NCBI GenBank assembly: GCA_965644265.1
Contig: OZ286459.1
Span: 125,674,001-125,738,000 of the forward strand
DNA: 64,000 nt
Source of the DNA: Glycera tridactyla
Lineage: Eukaryota
Direction of reading: 5' to 3'
The notes under the pieces are model-generated. The model had not been told where the DNA came from. It saw only the letters and a list, made by a program, of their open reading frames with translations, and searched no databases. Shown here piece after piece: positions 25,201 to 38,705 of the stretch. Both the position numbers and the translations under genes were made by a program. Within the stretch, counting starts at the first letter, position 1. The number at the start of each line of letters is the position of its first letter.

Positions 25201-26609
25201 TGCAATACCTTGAGAATGCTTGGAGCAAAAGATTATGCTTGCTAGAATCAGCTGCTTGGATGAATTAGCGGCGCACATGTGTGCCATTTGTGCATTTATG
25301 CCTTGTTTAGTTTGATATTTGTCCAGACTATATGTGTTTAAGAACCAACCATAACTTTTGTCTCAGATAATCCTGTCTAGCTTGAAGAGGTGTCAAGCCC
25401 CACTCAATATCAATAATTTTGCAAATTTCTTGCGGGATTGAATGTGTGTCCAGTCCAGTATTTTCTCCGAATAGAAGTAAAAACTGAAATGAAAGCAGCG
25501 ATCAAGTTTGGCATTCTTTTCACCTTGAATGAACTCTCCCTATAAAACCTATTGCCCCCATTATGATGGGATTTGAATGGTTTATATATCAGTATTGTGG
25601 CATCAATATTGGCCCAATTCACATATTATCCGCCAGAGAACATCTTTTGCTTTTGAATGCATTGCATGGGTGTCTCTATATAGTCCATTTGGTGATAACG
25701 GGACCATTCAAGAAACCAATCAACCAATCCTCTCGAAGTCCGAACTTGGTTTTGATATCAACTGATGTTAAAATTGAGATCAATTGACAATATAATCTTA
25801 TAGGCACTCTCTGCATGGGAGAGGGATAAGGGACATCAGAATTTGTCAGCAGAATCCAGCCAGTTGATTTATTTGAATAGCATGCCAGTGAATGGAATAA
25901 CAAATCAACTTCCTGCGCCTGGCAAGCACACATATTGCTTTTTGAGAGTCAGCAAAGTGCCAAATAACAAGGAACAATCAGTGTGGGAACTTTATCCCCC
26001 ATCCTCCGGCCCCAGGGGGCTGCTTTGTTCGGTGAGTGAGTATGGGGTTGGGTGTGGTAATTGTAAACATTTGGGTAATCATGCTGTCTAACAAGCTACG
26101 CGGGCGCCGTGAGATGACATCGGCAGTGAGTCATAGCATGGTAACGGTGAAAGATATGGTGTTGCTGCGGTCCCAGCAGACCTTCTCATCATTCTATGAA
26201 GGTGCTGCCCTTCATTGCCCTTTAGTGCTCTCCATTGCCCTCTTACTCCGCCCTGCTTCTGATGAGGTGATTTATTTTTTTCACGGGTAACCAGCTCTGC
26301 ATTCAATATCCTGATGTAGAGATTGCGGCAGCCACATTTGCAGCAAGTCTCTGCTTCTCCAGCCATGAGCTGTGGACGGAGGTATCCATTCATGAGCAAG
26401 ATGTCCTCTTTTTCAGTCAAAATTTTGTTAATACCGCTTAACCTGCTCAAGAGACCACCTTCATACAAAGGTCTGAAATCTTCCCAGGGGTTGCTATGCC
26501 AGCAAGGATACCACATACAAGATCAATAATGGAATCCTCCAATCCAAATCATGCATCTCTCTTTGCAATGTATGGCAGCATAGTAAGATTGGCTAGTACT
26601 GGCTAGATA

Positions 26610-26765
26610 CAGTGAAGCCTGCAAGGAGAGACCCCCTGACGAGTGACGGGAGACCCTTGGACCAGAGATCGCTTTCTCAAGGCAGCTTTCTGACAAGAGA
26701 CCACCTCTTTTGAGAGACCGCTCTTTGGTGGCATTTAGGGCGGTCTCTCATCACAGGTTTCACTG
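26610..26765. mobile_element. Complete Tc1/mariner-type MITE
   Basis: TA-CAGTGAAGCCTG...CAGGTTTCACTG-TA. Confidence 0.85.
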
Positions 26766-26984
26766 TATTAGAACACTCACCCACTCTGCATATTTACATC
26801 AATGGCATAAATAATATATAGTCAAACCTGTGTAAAAGGAACACTCTCAGTTGCACCAAAAATGTGGCCTTCACAGGCAGGTGGTCTCTGTAGAGATGTC
26901 ATTTTCTGTGGGAAATTCATCATAGCCGTCAATTGTGAGGGTCATTATATGCACATTGTCTTTGTATATAGATTGTTTCTCGAA

Positions 26985-27195
26985 CAGAACCCAGTGCATG
27001 CCGACTGGAGTATCAAAGGCCGGCTGTGTGTATGGGAGCCTTTTCCTGTGTGCACGAATAAGAACCACTGCTGTCTTTCGCAAAGAGTAGGGACGGCCCC
27101 GGCAGTGGTGCCTCTTTTCTTCAGCATTTTTAGTTTTTCAGTCTGATATAATCAAAGGTGGTTGAAAGGACGTTAAACCCAAACAAACAAACAAC
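26985..27195 (+). mobile_element. SINE-like family A copy
   Basis: Close match to 710-925. Ends GACGTTAAACCC(AAAC)n. Confidence 0.75.
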
Positions 27196-27574
27196 ATCTC
27201 TCAAGCAGGTTGTGCTGTACATGTATTTACAATCAGAAAATATATCAGTATGGTATAAAATGATTGGCGCCTCCCTGTGTGGAGACAGTGGTTTAGTATG
27301 TCTGTGCTCTTCTTGTGATTAATGGATATGCTAGTCCACCACTGATCAGAAAAGCATACCAAACCCTGCTATTAGGTGGTTGACTGAGAAAGTGTAGAGA
27401 CAGAAACAAATATTTGTCTCATTCCGCTATGTTTTCTCCGTATTTATATCTTCATGTTCAAACAAGAAAATAAAGCATGTGGAATGGTATTTGGGGCAGA
27501 TATATCTTTGTTAATGCATACCCTCTCTCCCTTTCTCCATTTCTTTCCAACTCTTCTTTCTTTCATCTTTTCTC

Positions 27575-27620
27575 TGTCTGTCTGTCTGTCTGTCCGTCTG
27601 TCTGTCTGTCCATCCGTCCA

Positions 27621-27654
<34 letters not shown>

Positions 27655-27842
27655 CCCCTTCTCTGTCTCTCATTTTCTCCCTCACTCACTCTCTTTTTCT
27701 CCCTCACTCACTCTTTTTCTCCCTCTCTCCCACTGCCTCTCTCGCTCTATCTCCCCTCACTCTCCCTCCCCCCTCTGTCTGTCTGTCTGTCTCTCTCTCT
27801 CTGTCTCTCTCTCACTCGCACACACTCTCGCTCTCTCTGTCT
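27575..27842. repeat. (CTGT)n/(CT)n polypyrimidine low-complexity tract just upstream of the first coding exon
   Basis: Direct reading. Confidence 0.9.
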
Positions 27843-27974
27843 CCTGAAAATAAGCCTAGTGTATACTACAAACTCTGCTTATTTTTGTGTTCCCAGGAAC
27901 TTCTTGGATATTGGTACCATGATGTGGTGAGAGATAATCCTAGACATTTCTAATTAGCACAATCTTCCTGGAGT

Positions 27975-28182
27975 ATGAAGATAGATCTACAGACGGAGGA
28001 CAAAGCACGTCGTGAACGGCTTCTCGCCATTTACGATCATGTCGGGGAAATTGCCAAGAAGATTGCGGCGATGGATGATCCATTGCCGCACCAGTTAGAG
28101 CGAAGCATTCCATCATACCTGGAAGCATTGAGTGCCAATGCTCAGCGACTCACCCACAGTAAATGCCATATTGTCATCGCTG
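27975..28182 (+). CDS. Coding exon 1 (N-terminal helix, ends HIVIAG)
   Basis: Acceptor TTCCCAG at 27896, ATG at 27975, donor G/GTAAGT at 28183. Confidence 0.85.
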
Positions 28183-28484
28183 GTAAGTGACACATTAGCT
28201 AATTGAGCTGCTTCATCCTTGATCTATGATTGTGTACAAACTGGCGAGTTTTATTTTGTGTTAAGCATCAGCCATGTACATCAAGGAAGATACATGAAAA
28301 CTGATTCAGCATTTTTCTAGTCATGAAAACCCACCATTAAGCAAAACAGTGGTGGAACCCCCCCCCCCCCCCCCCCCCCCCCCCCTCAAATTGGTAAGAA
28401 TAATCAAGTGAGTTCATATGGGGCTGCTTGGATCAAACAATGCATGCTGAATGGCTCTCTAACCACATCCATACACACACACAT

Positions 28485-28534
<50 letters not shown>

Positions 28535-31500
28535 CACACACACGCACACACACGCACACACATTCTTGAAAGTTTGTTTATTGTTTGTCTTGTTATGGTA
28601 GACTGTTCGGTAACACACACACACACACACACACAACACACACACGCACACACACGCACACACATTCTTGAAAGTTTGTTTATTGTTTGTCTTGTTATGG
28701 TAGACTGTTCGGTAACACTGAAATGGGAATTGTTGAATCAAGAACACACTGAAAAGCAATGGCTCACATGACATGATTGCCATGCCTTTCTTGTGTAAGG
28801 CCCATTATCAGAACATTCTCTCGTGTAAGGCCCATTATCAGAACATTCTCTTGTGTAAGGCCCATTATCAGAACATTCTCTTGTGTAAGGCCCATTATCA
28901 GAACATTCTCTTTTGTGTTTTCACCAAGTATTTGCCTCATTTTACCAAGCATCTTTCCTTGCATCCCATTCAAGGCATTCCATGAAATGGTGTTATCCAT
29001 TCTTCTCAAAGATGGGTGCATACTCTTAACTGCCCTTAGATTGTCTTTTGGTTTCGGAACACTGATTCCTTCACTAATATATAGATGGACTAACATGCCT
29101 GTGAATTTGTTGCAGGTGAGAATAGTTCTGATAAGAGTTATGTGATCAATGCCCTACTGGGTGAAGACTTGCTGCCATGTTTTGTTGATGCTGAAACTGC
29201 CGTGATCTGTGAGATCAGTTATGACACCGAGAACTGGAGTCAGGTAAGGAAGCCATTGAACAAACGTCAAACCTAACTCACATCTACTCACCACTTAGAC
29301 TCCATGAAATACCCACCAACCCTGATCATGAGAAATTGACTCCGCTTTTTGCATCCTTCTGCCAATTTGGGCAGTTGTGTGTATAGGAGTCTATTCCTGT
29401 ATGGCCGTAAAAGAACCACTGATGTCCATGGCAGAGAGTAGGGGATTGTCTCCCAGTAGTGATGCCTTTTTTGTACTCTCAGTTTTTCAGTCCGATATGA
29501 CTCAAGGTGTTTGAAAGGATGTTGAACCAAAACAAACAAACAACATTACTCCCAGCCAGGTTAGGAAAGCAATATTATGTCATTTCCCATGCTGATATTA
29601 CCAATTATTCTCATACATAGTTATAAGTGCAATTTGTGTTTTACAGAGCGCTTCACGCTGAACTCGAATTTATCTTTGAGGGAATTCATCGGCCAGCTCA
29701 GCAACCAATAGAGTATTCAATCACCCATCGCCATACCTGGTAGCAATGGGCTTCTGGGCTACTAACCTGTCACAAATGTCTTGTACTGGGAAACATTATC
29801 AAATCCTTGAAGATGAGACTACCCTCTCTGGGTTCCCTCTAGCGAGAAAAATCTTTTACCGGAATGGAAATAATTTTAGCAATTCAGAAATTGCCGTACT
29901 GGAATCCAAAAGCATTTCATTGAATCAGCTCACCAAAACGGAAAATTATTGGCATTCTTATTCCAAAATTAGTTTCTCACCACCTTTCTGCCATCTGGAT
30001 TGAAAATTATTTTAGCAAATTGAATTTTTCCTCAGCATTTGACCTAACAGATTAGCTATAGCTAGAGCGCTAATCTATAGAGGGAACCCTGCCTCTGAGT
30101 TAAGGTCTGTCATCATAGTCCTTTTCTGATTGGCCCTGCTGGTACACCTACCAGGAGGTGGGCTAAAATAGTCCACAATCTGTGGTACTGATATTTCTGA
30201 AACTGCTGGACTGAACCACATTCAATCAAGGTGTAGACAAGGGTGGGCATCTAAATGGCCCGGAACGCCACTCTTGAAGTGCCACATTGTATCCTAGCAA
30301 GTCAAGTTTTATTGATGTCCCTCTTTATGTATCACATTGACACATGTATTCCTCACTCCAGCGTGTGATCGACTGCCTGTGGATATCACATCACTGAAGC
30401 CTTCACTGATGCATGAATTCTCGTTGACATTTAGGGGTCATTCTCCAATCAACTAAAAATACACTGGTAGAAGTGGATGTTTTCATATGATCACAATGTT
30501 TTCAGGTGCATTTTTGGGACACCACATTGGATCCGATAGTTCTCAAAGATGGCGGAGGATTTGGAGAGGAGCTGGCACGTTTTGTGCAGGCAACAGATGC
30601 CGAGATGGAAGACTGGCCTTACCAGCGTGCTGAGATTTTCACTTGCTCCCCTGTCATACAGGTTAGTATCATGCACGGGCCAGTGGTCATGGTGTCAACA
30701 TATCAGCATGACTGGGACAGATAGCACTATATGTCTACATATATGTCTGCATTTGATAATCAAGATTATTAGTAACACGCGGGCCTATGATTTCATCCTA
30801 TCGGTAGACTAGGTTAGGAACTATTTAATGTCGGAAGCAAGCTGTTTCATTCTCAATTGCTCCCAGAGGGGTAGCCGTCAATGTAAAGCCAGAGCAATAG
30901 CCTAGTCAGGGCCGATGAGGCCGTCTTGATCGCTGATTGGTTTCTCGGTTTGAATCGACCAATGAGACGTCGTCTCTCTTCCGGTCATGGCTTCGCACGC
31001 AATATGGCGTAACCTAATGGATTCTTTCAAAATTTCGTTTGTTCCCGGGTCAAATTCTCTTGCTCCCTCATTTATATACCTCATCTCATTTAGTCATCTA
31101 TAAAGAGGGGTTCCCGGGGGATGTGATCAGCAAGTCGAATTAGCATAGCAGACGTGATCACGTCTGTAGAAGAACGCTAAAGTTCACAAGGACTTGGATC
31201 TATAATCTTGCCTTGATCAATGTTTTTCGTTTAATTTTTCGTTTAATTTGCCTGTGTTCCCTTCTCCTCATGCCGAAATGCCGAAATACCTACCCTGTCG
31301 GTGTATGCTGGGCTCTAAAACCGGCCAATCTGTCTTACGCTTTTGGCCTTTGACTTGCCATGGGCGATGTGGGGTAGATATAGTTTGGCGACCGTCTCTC
31401 CCCCATAGCGCCCACTGTTTACAGTTTCATGTGTTATATTCGCTCTGAATACCCTTTTGCAATCGAAACTAGTTTTGCAACGTTTAAGCAAGCTTAACAA

Positions 31501-34500
31501 TCACTTGATCCTCGTATGACTTGTATAACTTCAACTGGTAGTTCACCAGTTGACATTGTATTTATTTGTTGACCAAATATCTTGAACATGCTGTATTACT
31601 TCTCCTATCTAGAACCAAACTCTTACTCATCCTATCTTCTCCTATGCAGGTGTCAATGGAATACTCCATTATAATCATGCTACGAATGCTCTCCTGCTCA
31701 TTGTTTTTAGGGGTTCAGATGGGGCTTAGAAACCCCACTCTGATACATACATCACATGACTACTTAGCTACTATGAAATTTTGGTCAATAAAATTATCAC
31801 TGTACCCGACTTTAGCCTATCCAGAAATGAGGTATCCATGTACGGCTTGAGTGACCTCTCCATGATGAAAGGTCTTGTATTTGCTCATCTCAACATCCAT
31901 TATATATTGCCCAAACTTGATGAAATTAAAAGAATTCTCTTTCATGCTGATATAGACCTGCTAGCAATTTCTGAAACTTTCCTCAACTGTGATATTGAAG
32001 ATTCTGAGTTGTATATCGAAAACTACTGTCTAATACGCTTGGACAGGCAGGAACTGACTCGCAAATCCAAAGGTGGAGGCCTGGTGATATACATCAGAGA
32101 CAATATCTCGTTCAAACATGAAGAAACCCTTTGTATCAGCAAGGGATCTCTAGAACTTTTGTGTGTGAGGATTACTCTTCCCAACACCAGACCCATTTTT
32201 TGTAATGCTATCTATAGGCCACCTGATGGGAAAATACAGGATTTCCTCTCAGACTTAGCCAGCACTCTTGATATGTTAACATCCATTGGCTTTGTAGAAA
32301 CAATCTGCCTTGGTGATCTGAATCTTGATTTTCTCAAACCAAATACAAGGACAATGAGGCAATTCAGGAATCTTGCATATACCTACGACCTAACCCATCT
32401 GATCTTCGAGCCAACAAGAACCTCAGACTCTTCCAGTACCTGTATTGACCAAATTCTGACAAATAGATTGGAATTGGTGAAAACAGCAGGAATTATTGAG
32501 ATGGGAATTAGTGACCATTACCTCATTTTCTTACAGAGAAAACACTCCAAAAAGAAACACTCGTCCAAATTCATTAGGGCAAGGAAAATGAGGGGCTTCT
32601 CTGAAGAAAAGTTTCTGAATGATATTGAATCTATTGATTGGTCAATTCTGTATGATCACACTGACCCAAATGATATCTGGAATGAGTTTGTACACGCGTT
32701 TCGCAAAGTATGTGATATTCATGCTCCTTTTACTGACATGAAGGTTCAGGGTTCTCTACCAGAATGGATGAACCATGACTTTGTCTCATTATGTGATGCT
32801 AGGGACTCCGCCAAAAGAATTGGAGATAGAACCAGATGCCCAGTGGCCAAGGAAAACTACAGAATTCTGAGAAATCAGGTGGTGAGCCTTGGGAGAAATC
32901 TCAAAAGAAATTTATTAACAACCTCTATAGAAGAGAGCAAGCATAACAGTAAGAAACTCTGGAAAATTCTTAGAAGCCTTGTCCCCTCAAATAAAGTTTC
33001 TGAATCAGTTGAAGCAGATATTAATGGGAGAACTGACAAATTGGGAATCTCGGAAGACTTTAATAAATTCTTTTGTAATGTAGGTGCTGAACTATCAAAA
33101 TCTCTCCCAAATCTGGGTAACATTGACCTGGATGACATTACTAGCCCTGGTCAAATATTTAGCTTTTCTAGAGTTTCTGAATCTGACACGCGCAAGCTCT
33201 TATCTAGAATTAGTGCGTCCAAGGCCACTGGACTTGATGGGATAAACCCCAGATTTTTAAAATTAGCTTGTGACAAGATTTGTGGTCCAATAAGCCACCT
33301 GCTGAATTCTTCTATAACATCTGGAATTGTACCATCTGAATGGAAGATTGCACGAGTTACCCCCTTATATAAAAGTGGGGATAGACAATCCCTCGGGAAC
33401 TATAGACCAATTTCAGTTTTACCGGTCTTAGGCAAGATACTAGAGAGAATAATTCATGATCAGCTTTACAATTTCTTTAATGGCTTTAACATACTGGATC
33501 CAAATCAACATGGCTTCAGACCTGGACACTCCACTGTGGGATGTACAGCTGAATTACTTGATCATCTTTATCTAAATCTGGATAATAATAATGTCACTGG
33601 CCTTGTGTTTTTAGACTTAAAGAAGGCCTTTGACACTGTCGACCACCATCTAACATCGCTGAAATTAAGGAAATATGGGGTGGTCGGCAGTGCAAATTCT
33701 TGGCTTAGAAACTATCTGTCAAACCGCTCTCAACGCACCGTATACCGTGGTGTGTCTTCTGAAGTCATGAACATCTCATGTGGTGTTCCCCAGGGGTCCA
33801 TCCTTGGTCCCCTTCTTTTCATTATTTATATCAATGATCTCCCCGCAGTAGTCCGTAATTCTCAAGTTCTCTTATACGCTGATGACACTGTTATTTTCTA
33901 TACCGGAGCTAGTGTTGATGAGGTCGAGAATTCTCTTCAGGAGGACCTAAACTCTATTGAATCCTGGCTGAATAAAAATAAGCTCTTTTTAAATGTCCAG
34001 AAAACAAAATCAATGTTAGTCAAGAACTATTATTTCAAAGGACATACTGATCTACGGCTATCAATGTCAAATGAATCGATTGAACAGGTCGACACCTTTA
34101 AATACTTGGGTGTTATATTAGACCATAAATTAAGATTTGATGCACATATCGATCACGTTTGTAAGAAAAGTAGAAGAAAGATTGGTCTCTTGGGCAGGGT
34201 TCGAAACTACATGACCTTAAACACTAGTCTCCTATTATATAAGTCATTGATCTCTCCCTTGTTTGACTATTGTGACATAATTTATTCGCAGTCGACTCAG
34301 GAGAGTCTTTTACGCCTTCAGAGACTTCAGAATCGATGTTGTAGGATCATTCTTAAAAAACCATTCAGAACTCCTACTATAGATATGCATGTTGAGCTAG
34401 GCTTGAATATGTTATCAGATCGCAGGGATCTCCATATGCAGGTATTCATGTATAAACTAGTAACTCACAAGATTGATTCCCATTATTTTGCAGCACGATT

Positions 34501-37500
34501 GCTAAGCTTAGATTTCCAGCATGAAAGAGAGACTAGGTCAAGAATGAATGGAAACCTCATTGTTCCTAGAACTAGAACTAACCAAGGAGAGAAGGCGCTA
34601 TCAGTATGTGGAGCAAAAATGTGGAACTCACTAGATATAGAATCAAGAAATCTGCCTTCTGTTGGATCTTTCAAGAAAGCATGTGCATCTAACATATGTA
34701 TTAAAAATTGATCGAGAAATGAGGTAACAAACTGTAATTTCTTTGCCTATGTTTTGCTGTTATACTACGCACCGATTTTTGCCTTTCATGACCCTCCAAC
34801 TGCAACTCCAGTATTATCATGCCTTTTACTACCCACCACTCAATAGCCAGCTATTGCAATATCATGGGATCTTAATGGAGATACACCACATGTTATTTAC
34901 TTTGCACCAATTGAACCCAGGTTACAGTGTTAGAGTAGGCCATTAGGCCTAATTGCGATTTATTTGATGATTTGTACCTCTTGTTACTTCTTCAACTGTT
35001 ATCGCCTGGTAAAATAAAGTTTTGTCTATTGTCTATTGTCTATTGTCTATAATCCAGTATTTTGGTGGGCATACAGACCTGCCAACCTTTACGATCTAGG
35101 CGTAATTTTTACGATTTCACCTCTCTATTACGCCAATATGGCCTGGTAGTCAGTTATTACGATTTTTGGAGGGGACTGGTACTGCATCCTGCTATAGTCC
35201 CTCCCGGGTTCATAATGTGGCTTCCTAATGTATTGTGCCAAGTGAAGGCAGTGGCATCATTTGGACATACCTTGATGGACACTGTACCAACTGTGAATGG
35301 AACCAACTATAGGTAAACAGTCCAGGGGCTCCTGTTGAGCAAGGGGCTGCTGTCGTCCCCATGACAACCACTTGCCAGCAACACACAATCCCGGGCACCA
35401 TGCACTCATCCTATCCCCCAACCCCTCACCCTCACCCCTTTAGTCTAGGAATATTTGTGTGTTATATTCATGTTTGTTTATTAAGTGAAGTTTCTTTGTG
35501 ATGTGTGGAGTGTTAAGTGAAGATTCTTATGTGACTATTTCATGTAGCTAAATACTTTATAGTGTCTCAAATTGAAGGTAATGAAGATCATTTCACAGAA
35601 GTTGCAGTCAATCACTCTGCACACAAACTGGCTTCACTGAACATTCATGCTTTTATCAGGCAGGAGATACAGTGAAACCTGCGATGAGAGACCGCCCTAA
35701 ATGTCAGCAAAAAGCGGTCTCTCAAAAGAGGTGGTCTCATCGGAGGTACTGTATATTTGACTATGTCAAATAAAAATGCTGCCCAGAAAAAGAGGTCTCC
35801 CATCGGAGGTGGTCTCTTGTCAGTTGGTCTCTTGTCGCAGGTTTCACTATTGTTGATACTGCCCACTGTAGTTATTGAAGAAACAGACATGATGTTAGCC
35901 AGCGAGTAGTAGCCAGCCAACCAAAGCTAGGTGTCCAAATTTCGTCAACAGTGATGAAACAATCTTTGAGAATGCTAAAAATAGTGTGGATGAGTGGTTT
36001 CAGCTTGCTGTCAGATAACACATACTGACTGGCTACAGTTCTCACACTGAGAGATGGGGACAAGCCTAATTTAGACTAGAAAACATGACATTCTGTGTCT
36101 TATTCTTCATGTTTATTCAGTTTCATGATGTTCTATTTGAATTAATCATATTCTTGGACTGAACCCATGACTCCGACATGATTACTGAAGTGTTACTGAA
36201 AACGAGGAATTTCATCACTGAAAAGAGGGTCAAATTACTAAAATTGGTGTTCCTGATTACTGATTCGCTGCTTCCAAGGTTGGCAGGTCTGGGCATACGC
36301 CGGTGATTGGAGAAATATGAAAAAAAATATTCAATAAATGTATTCCTCAGGGAGTATTTGTGTGATGTGGAAAGGGGAATTATGAAAACACAGCATATAT
36401 ATCTGCTGAATGGCAGCCAAACGAGCCTGTCATCTTGATTGATAAATTGTCAGCAATAATACATGATAAACATCCAGTTGGTAGCTCTGCACTGCATGAC
36501 TGAATCAATAGATTGCTGACAATTCTGGTCATCTTATAAGGTGCATGACAATGGCCTGTTCACAGTTTATTTCCTGTCTTATTCCTTCTGCATAGAAATT
36601 TTGATAGTGAAACATGCTATGAAAGACTGCCCCAAATGTCACCATAATTTTATATCTCAAAAGAAAACATCTCTTGTCAAAGGTGTATTCGACTATGTCA
36701 AAAAGAAAGGCTTTCCTGAATGAGCGGTCATTATCACCAGTCAGAGGTGATCTCTTGTGGGGGGGGGGGGGGGGATCTTATTGCAGGTTCCACTGTGACT
36801 TCACTCATGAAATTACAATTTGCTGAAGGTTGTCAAGATTGTGTTAAGTTAATTGAGACCAGCACATGAAAGGTTTTATCATGATGATTATAAGATTATG
36901 CAAGAAAGCCTGGGTAATATTCAATCCAGATGGAGTCACAGATGTTAGTGTAGCACACATCAGATGCTTCAATGTATCATGTATCAGTTACTGCACTCTC
37001 GTATGCTAGTCACAAATCAGGAGTAGAGGGTACATAACAAAGCAGTATGACAGGATTTCTACACAATTTTCGAAAATAGTCGGAAGCCATTCCTTCAAGT
37101 TTATCCCATTTGAAGACTAGGCCCAAAAAAACACGAAAAACATGGATCACAGAAAGGTGAAATTCTCTGTAAAAGTTTCACAAAAATGTGGGAGTTCGAT
37201 TCCAGAGTTTCTATTGCATCCACTAGCATCTCCTAACTAGGATGCAATTTCTGTACTTAGGCCATTTCGCTCTTTCATTTACTCCAAATCAACGAACCAT
37301 GACTTGCCTGTGCCTTTTGGGCACATCCAACATTTATGCATTTTAGCACAGGGTTCAGATATGAATGGATGTGACTTCAGGGCTTTGACCTGTCTTATCT
37401 CCAGATGAGGAGCAAACACAGCATATTCCATCTTCTATATATTGTGTGATAGGATCGTAACGGCACCTGCTGGTACTTAACGAGGATCTGGCTAAGAGAG

Positions 37501-38626
37501 ATTGCACAGGATGCTATTATGAGGAGAGGAAACTGCCATTTATCAAGTCAGCATCCAGTATGATTCAAATATGCATGATTCATAAGAGTGTTAGACACAA
37601 ACAAGATCTAGATCATTGTATGCAATCACCATATTACATTGGTTTTTCTCATGGTGTTTGTGTCATTGGTTGTGCACTGGTATCATTGGTGGTGCACTGG
37701 TAGTAGCTCTTTACCATGTATTTAGAGACAGATGGGTGGGGCTCATGAATAGAGAGATGGCATTCATTATGATTTTCTTACCAGTAACCAAAATTTTGCT
37801 AATTCAAGTGTAACATAACCCCAAGAAACCGGAGATGCTCTTATCTGAACTTTGCTAATACTGCCATCATTACTCTTGAAATTAGCATCATCATTGATTT
37901 TGGACATCAGATTGGCATCCCTGTGGATAGCAATTTCTTCAGCCAGTCTATTAAGTGGCCATCTGCCCTAAATAGCCCTTATCGGGTTTCCCACTGAAGG
38001 CTTTTTCACCATGATTCACCTGCCTTGAGCAGCCCCTTTTTGGCATTCTTGGAAGTGTTGCTGCTTAGAACAGGTTTGACTGCGCAAGATTCTGTGATAT
38101 TGAATCCGGGTTTTTGTTGGTTGCCTCTTGTTGGGTTTATACCATGTGTCAAAACCATCCAGTGTTGCAGGTCCCGTTGTCTGAATTCAACTATGCTAAA
38201 GCAGCAGAAAGCAACAATCTGTTGCAACTTTTAAGAAAACCTGATAGAACACCAAGATGGCAATCTGAAACTATCATCCTTGCCAATATATTTCCATATG
38301 AAATCTAGTTCCCACACAAGCCAGATCATGATGGTAGCGTGGGCTATGGACCAATTAGCCGCTCCTTGATGTATCAGAATGAATCCTATGAGCAGTCAGC
38401 ACCAGTGAAGTTTTAGTTTTAGTCTGCCTCTATGAGAGGTGTGGCTGAGGGTTGATGTCACCTCGGTGTTGCAGGATGGTGTTGTGTTGGTCGATACCCC
38501 AGTGGTGGGTAAAAATGAGGAGCTGACCAAGCATGTTGCTGAGAAAATATATGACTGTGCTGCTCTGGTCTACGTCTTGGAGTGCACATCATCTGGAGAT
38601 ATACAAGCAGACAAGGTGAGCTTGAA

Positions 38627-38705
<79 letters not shown>

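Noticed and set aside
28790-28910. [10 protein letters not shown] repeat protein on the minus strand
   Set aside because: A 30-bp intronic minisatellite whose unit length is a multiple of three.
29647-29740. Extra exon between coding exons 2 and 3
   Set aside because: In the required phase 0 it hits TGA after four codons, and exon 2 joins exon 3 cleanly without it.
31566-31850. LINE ORF1 or a 2A-like peptide upstream of the RT ORF
   Set aside because: No ORF1 motifs (RRM, PHD, esterase, zinc knuckle) and no DxExNPGP sequence.
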